Positions 59,641 through 64,000 of a stretch of 64,000 nt of DNA are shown here, piece by piece. The position numbers and the translations under genes are program-made. The notes under the pieces are model-generated. The model was not told the origin of the DNA and made no database searches. It worked only from the letters and a program-made list of their open reading frames with translations. The first letter of the stretch is position 1, and every line of letters begins with the position of its first letter. Location: NCBI GenBank assembly GCA_965602015.1, contig OZ271918.1, positions 3,360,001 to 3,424,000 on the forward strand, in the 5' to 3' direction. Origin of the DNA: Salinispira sp. GTDB lineage: Bacteria > Spirochaetota > Spirochaetia > DSM-27196 > Salinispiraceae.

Positions 59641-60916
59641 GACGTCCGTCCTTCCACACAGCGAAGGGCCTTAGCTCTCCCTGGGCCCATAAAACTTCCT
59701 TCCAGTCCCCCTGGAAAGAGATAAAATCGGCCCTCTTGCCGGCGGCCAGTACGCCCCGGTCGTCGAGTTCCAGGGCTGCCGCCGCCCGGCTGGTCATGCC
59801 GGCCCACAGTTCCGCCATGGTAAGTTTTTCATAGGCACCCAAAACGGAGGCCTGCAGGATCAGGTTGCCGTTCGGGGCCGATCCGGGGTTCCAGTCGCTG
59901 GCGATGGCCAGGCTCGCTCCGCCGTCCAGCAGGCGCCGCGCCGGGGCGAAGGGCTCGCCAAGCCCAATGGACGCTCCGGGGAGGGCTACCGCCGTGGTAG
60001 GGGATTCACAGAGGCGTCGCAGATCGGGTTCTTCAATATGTTCCAGATGGTCAACCGACACCGCCCTCATCTCCACAGCAAGGCTGGCTCCGCCGGAACT
60101 GAACTGGTCGCCGTGTATGACGATGGAGAATCCCTGGTTTTTGGCGCTCCGCAGGTAATCCGCCGCCTCCAGTGGAGAAAAGGCGCCTTCCTCCACAAAA
60201 ATATCAACCCGCGCCGCCAGACCGCGCCGGAGGACCAGGGGCAATAGCTGTTCGGCCATGAGATCCAGATAATCCCGGTCTGACATTCCGCTGTCCGGCG
60301 GATTTTTGTGGGCCGCGAGACAGGTGGGGATGAGCCGGGGTACGTTATTCTGCCGGGATGCTTTGCTTATTACCTCCAGCATTGTCAGTTCGCTTTCCAC
60401 CGACAGTCCATATCCGCTTTTAACCTCGCAGCTGGTCACTCCCCTGCGCAGATGTTCTGCGGCACGCATTGCGAGCTTGGAGGTCAGATCTTCCTCGGAT
60501 GCCTGGCGAACCGCGCTGACCGTGCGCATAATCCCGCCTCCGGCTGCCATTATTTCCTGGTAGCTGGAGCCCGACAGCCGGGCGGCGAAATCCGCGCAGC
60601 GGGAACCCGCCCACAGCATGTGGGTGTGGCAGTCCACCAGGCCCGGGAAACCGCAGCTTCCCGGGGGTAGCTCATCAACCGTCGCGGAAGGCCAGCGTCG
60701 GCGAAGCACATCAAAATCATCAATTTCGAGTATTCGGGAGCCGGTCCCCGTAGCATGCAGGATGCCCGCATTGTGGATAACCGGCAGCTGCCTGTCCTCA
60801 AGGGGACCCTTGGGCGGTATGCCGTCCATGGTTATAAGCTGGGAGAAGGGTCCCGTAAGCCGGGCACCGGGGTCATGGGAGGCCGTATCGGCGTTTATGC
60901 TTTCAAAACCGGACAT
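59630..60916 (-). CDS. hutI: Imidazolonepropionase
   Basis: [40 protein letters not shown]; start at 60916 inferred. Confidence 0.93.
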   Translation of the reverse strand: MSGFESINADTASHDPGARLTGPFSQLITMDGIPPKGPLEDRQLPVIHNAGILHATGTGSRILEIDDFDVLRRRWPSATVDELPPGSCGFPGLVDCHTHMLWAGSRCADFAARLSGSSYQEIMAAGGGIMRTVSAVRQASEEDLTSKLAMRAAEHLRRGVTSCEVKSGYGLSVESELTMLEVISKASRQNNVPRLIPTCLAAHKNPPDSGMSDRDYLDLMAEQLLPLVLRRGLAARVDIFVEEGAFSPLEAADYLRSAKNQGFSIVIHGDQFSSGGASLAVEMRAVSVDHLEHIEEPDLRRLCESPTTAVALPGASIGLGEPFAPARRLLDGGASLAIASDWNPGSAPNGNLILQASVLGAYEKLTMAELWAGMTSRAAAALELDDRGVLAAGKRADFISFQGDWKEVLWAQGELRPFAVWKDGRRAY

Positions 60917-62573
60917 TCTGACTCTCGCCGAAGGATCTGGCTTTAGGGTAGCCCGCCGAGGCATGACGGAATATTCCCATGGCCGGATCGTTGTACAGTA
61001 CCCGTCGTATGCATTCCTCCGCCCGGGCCGTTCCGTCGGCCAGCACGACCTGTCCCGCATGCTGGCTGTAGCCGATGCCCACGCCCCCGCCGTGATGGAA
61101 ACTTACCCATGTTGCCCCGCCGCCAGTGTTCGCCATGAGGTTGAGCAGGGGCCAGTCGGAGACCGCGTCGCTGCCGTCCTTCATGCCTTCGGTCTCCCGG
61201 TTCGGGCTGGCCACGGATCCGCAGTCCAAATGGTCCCGGCCGATTACGATGGGCCCCTTAACCCGTTTCTCCGCAACGAGCTTGTTAAAGAGTAATCCGG
61301 CCTTTTCCCGTTCCCCGAGACCCAGCCAACAGATACGGGAGGGCAGTCCCTGGAAGGCGACTTTTTGTTCCGCCTGCCGAAGCCAGGAAATAAGCCCATG
61401 GTTCTCCGGAAAGGCGTCAATCAGCGCCTTGTCGGTAACCGCAATATCGCCCTCATCCCCCGACAGGGCAACCCAGCGAAACGGCCCCTTTCCTTGGCAA
61501 AAAAGCGGGCGGATATAGGCGGGAACAAAGCCCGGATACTCAAATGCCCGGGTCTCGCCACCCTGGCGGGCGAATTCCCTCAAGTTATTGCCGTAATCGA
61601 AGGTGTGGGCCCCCCGCGCCTTGAGGGCAAGCATAAATCCTACATGTCTGGCCATTGACGCTATGGATTTGGATATATATGACTTAGGGTCATTATTTCT
61701 CAAGCTGTGTGCTTCATTGAGAGTCATGCCGTGGGGCACGTATCCCCCCAGGGGATCATGGGCGGAGGTCTGATCGGTGAGCAGGTCGGGGGTAATGCCG
61801 TCGTCGATGAGACGCCCCAGCACATCTCCGATGTCTCCCACCAGCCCCACCGAAAGGGCCCGGCCGTCGTTCCTCGCCGCCAAAACCTGGTCCACGGCTT
61901 CCCGATAGTCCCGGGTCATTACATCGAGATAGCGGGTGTCCAGCCGTTTTTTTATGCGATCGGGATCGATATCAACACCCAGGAATGCGGCTCCCGCCAT
62001 GGTGGCCGCAAGGGGCTGGGCGCCGCCCATTCCTCCCAGACCGCCAGTCACCACCAGGCGCCCCCGCAGGTCGCCGTCGAAATGCTGCTTTCCTGCGGCG
62101 ACGAAGGTCTCGTAGGTGCCCTGCAGTATCCCCTGGGTTCCGATGTATATCCAGCTGCCGGCGGTCATTTGGCCGTACATCATCAGTCCCCGTTGGGCGA
62201 GCTCGTTAAAGTGCTCCCAGGTCGCCCAAGCCGGAACCAGGTTGCTGTTCGCAATATACACCCGGGGCGCCGAGGGATGGGAGCGGACCACGCCGGCAAC
62301 CCGCCCGGATTGGATGAGAAGACTCTGGTCCTCCTCCAGTTCAAGCAGGTGCTCAATGATGTCGCGCAAGTCCTCCGGACTTCTGGCCGCCTGACCGGTT
62401 CCGCCGTAGACCACCAATCGCTCGGGGTCTTCCGCGACCTGGGCGTCAAGATTGTTGAGCAGCATGCGCAACGGCGCCTCGGTCTGCCAGCTTTTTGCAT
62501 GAAGGGTGCTGCCCAGGGGCGAAGTGTAATGGGGATGGTTTGCATAGGTTTTAATAAATTCCGAACTGTTCAT
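60903..62573 (-). CDS. hutU: Urocanate hydratase
   Basis: [65 protein letters not shown]. Confidence 0.96.
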   Translation of the reverse strand: MNSSEFIKTYANHPHYTSPLGSTLHAKSWQTEAPLRMLLNNLDAQVAEDPERLVVYGGTGQAARSPEDLRDIIEHLLELEEDQSLLIQSGRVAGVVRSHPSAPRVYIANSNLVPAWATWEHFNELAQRGLMMYGQMTAGSWIYIGTQGILQGTYETFVAAGKQHFDGDLRGRLVVTGGLGGMGGAQPLAATMAGAAFLGVDIDPDRIKKRLDTRYLDVMTRDYREAVDQVLAARNDGRALSVGLVGDIGDVLGRLIDDGITPDLLTDQTSAHDPLGGYVPHGMTLNEAHSLRNNDPKSYISKSIASMARHVGFMLALKARGAHTFDYGNNLREFARQGGETRAFEYPGFVPAYIRPLFCQGKGPFRWVALSGDEGDIAVTDKALIDAFPENHGLISWLRQAEQKVAFQGLPSRICWLGLGEREKAGLLFNKLVAEKRVKGPIVIGRDHLDCGSVASPNRETEGMKDGSDAVSDWPLLNLMANTGGGATWVSFHHGGGVGIGYSQHAGQVVLADGTARAEECIRRVLYNDPAMGIFRHASAGYPKARSFGESQNVRF

Positions 62574-63999
62574 GGTACTCTCCATTGAGATGTATTCGAC
62601 GATCGATGGCGCTTCGCCGGGATTCACCGGCCAAATCGCCGTCTGCAATGAGCCTTTGAGCTACCGAGAGATCCTCGGCGAATATCCTGTCCTCATCTGC
62701 ATGGTCGATGTGGCGCCGCACAAGGTGATGACAGTCCTCAAGAATCGGTCCGGATTTGAGCGGGCGGCGAAAGTCGAAGGCCTGGGCTGCGCAGATCAGC
62801 TCCACCGCGAGAATCTTCTCGAGGTTCTCCAGGACTTGAACCAGCTTGCGTCCGCTGATGGAGCCCATGCTGACATGGTCTTCCTGTCCCAGGCTTGTGG
62901 GGATGCTGTCCGCCGAGGCGGGGAAGCAGAGGTTTTTGTTTTCGCTTGTCAGGGCGGCGGAGGTGTATTGGGGAATCATGAAGCCCGAGTTGATTCCCGT
63001 GTCGCTCATGAGGAGTTTCGGCAGATCCCGGGCCGACCCGTCCAACAAAAGATAGGTACGGCGGTCGGAGATGTTTCCCAATTCGCTGGCGGCGATGAGG
63101 GCGTAGTCGATGGGAAGCGCCAGGGGTTGCCCGTGGAAGTTGCCACCGCTAACGGCGCTGCCGTCTTCCAGAATTATTGGATTGTCGGTCACCGAATTGA
63201 GTTCTATTTCCAGGATCTCCTTCAGGTGCGCCCAGGCGGTTCGGCTTGCGCCGTGGACCTGGGGCATGCAGCGCAGCGAGTAGGGGTCCTGAACCCGGCC
63301 GCAGTCTTTGTGGTGCTGTAGTATTTCCGATCCCTCCAGAAGGGTAGTGATGCGCCGGGCCACAGCCTGGTTTCCCGGGAAGGGCCGCAGCCCGTGAAGC
63401 TCGCTGAGAAAGGGTCTCACCGAACCCAGCATAGCTTCAAGGCTCATGGCCCCGATGATATCGGCGCAGTCCAACAGGTTTTGCATCTTTGCCAGACCGT
63501 ATACTCCCCAGGCGAGAATGAACTGGGTACCGTTTATCAGCGCCAGGCCTTCCTTGGGGCCGAGTTCCAAGGGTTCCAGCTTTGCGTCGGTTAAGGCGCG
63601 GGATGCGCTTATCTGCTTACCCCCGACTTCGACCATACCCAGTCCTATGAGGGGGAGAAAAAGATGGGCCAAGGGAGCCAAGTCCCCCGATGCGCCGACC
63701 GAACCCTGTGATGGAACCAGCGGAGTCAGATCGTTTTGGAGAAACCACAGGATCCGTTCGATGGTTTCTATGCGAATCCCGGAGAATCCCATGCAGAGGG
63801 CCTGGAGCTTGAGCACAAGCATCAGACGGGCAATGGTCCGGGGGATATTCTCTCCCATGCCCACGCTGTGGCTCTTGAGAATGTTGGTTTGAAGCAGTCT
63901 GGTGTCACTGGCGGATATCCTTGAATCGCAGAGCGGGCCGAACCCGGTGTTTACCCCGTATACCGTGGTGTCGTTTTGCACGATTTCTTCGACTCGTGC
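62551..63999 (-). CDS. hutH: Histidine ammonia-lyase (5' end outside window)
   Basis: [21 protein letters not shown] (MIO-forming ASG), [31 protein letters not shown]. Confidence 0.96.
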   Translation of the reverse strand, partial: ARVEEIVQNDTTVYGVNTGFGPLCDSRISASDTRLLQTNILKSHSVGMGENIPRTIARLMLVLKLQALCMGFSGIRIETIERILWFLQNDLTPLVPSQGSVGASGDLAPLAHLFLPLIGLGMVEVGGKQISASRALTDAKLEPLELGPKEGLALINGTQFILAWGVYGLAKMQNLLDCADIIGAMSLEAMLGSVRPFLSELHGLRPFPGNQAVARRITTLLEGSEILQHHKDCGRVQDPYSLRCMPQVHGASRTAWAHLKEILEIELNSVTDNPIILEDGSAVSGGNFHGQPLALPIDYALIAASELGNISDRRTYLLLDGSARDLPKLLMSDTGINSGFMIPQYTSAALTSENKNLCFPASADSIPTSLGQEDHVSMGSISGRKLVQVLENLEKILAVELICAAQAFDFRRPLKSGPILEDCHHLVRRHIDHADEDRIFAEDLSVAQRLIADGDLAGESRRSAIDRRIHLNGEYHEQFGIY

Positions 64000-64000
64000 G

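Noticed and set aside
58492..63999. hutH-hutU-hutI-hutG cluster
   Set aside because: Standard histidine utilisation pathway

Overview
A GC-rich bacterial chromosomal window, probably from a spirochaete (inferred from protein content, not verified). Most of it is housekeeping or metabolic: gatA-gatB-aspS, an nfeD-SPFH-SPFH operon, ROK-ppx-ppk1, thyX, an Lhr helicase, transporters, a GGDEF protein and the hutHUIG operon. The most striking structure is a nested mobile-element system. (i) An IS1-like element (27047-28302) has terminal inverted repeats (TIRs). (ii) A ~153-bp non-autonomous MITE shares those TIRs. (iii) An IS110-superfamily (IS1111-type) element sits inside the MITE's left TIR. Its 3' non-coding region carries four short segments matching both strands of that TIR target and both strands of its own predicted circle junction, which reads as a bridge/seek RNA aimed at another transposon's ends. 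This element is present twice in a 1560-bp tandem duplication that also carries 255 bp of flanking host DNA. Other unusual items are GatB fused to an asparaginase/GatD-like domain lacking the first catalytic Thr, and an ApbE/Ndh2/NusG-II/polyprenyl synthase cluster resembling flavin-based electron-transfer loci, with repeated candidate flavinylation motifs inside the Ndh. I saw no rRNA, tRNA or CRISPR array. All calls come from motif recognition by eye; no database searches were run.
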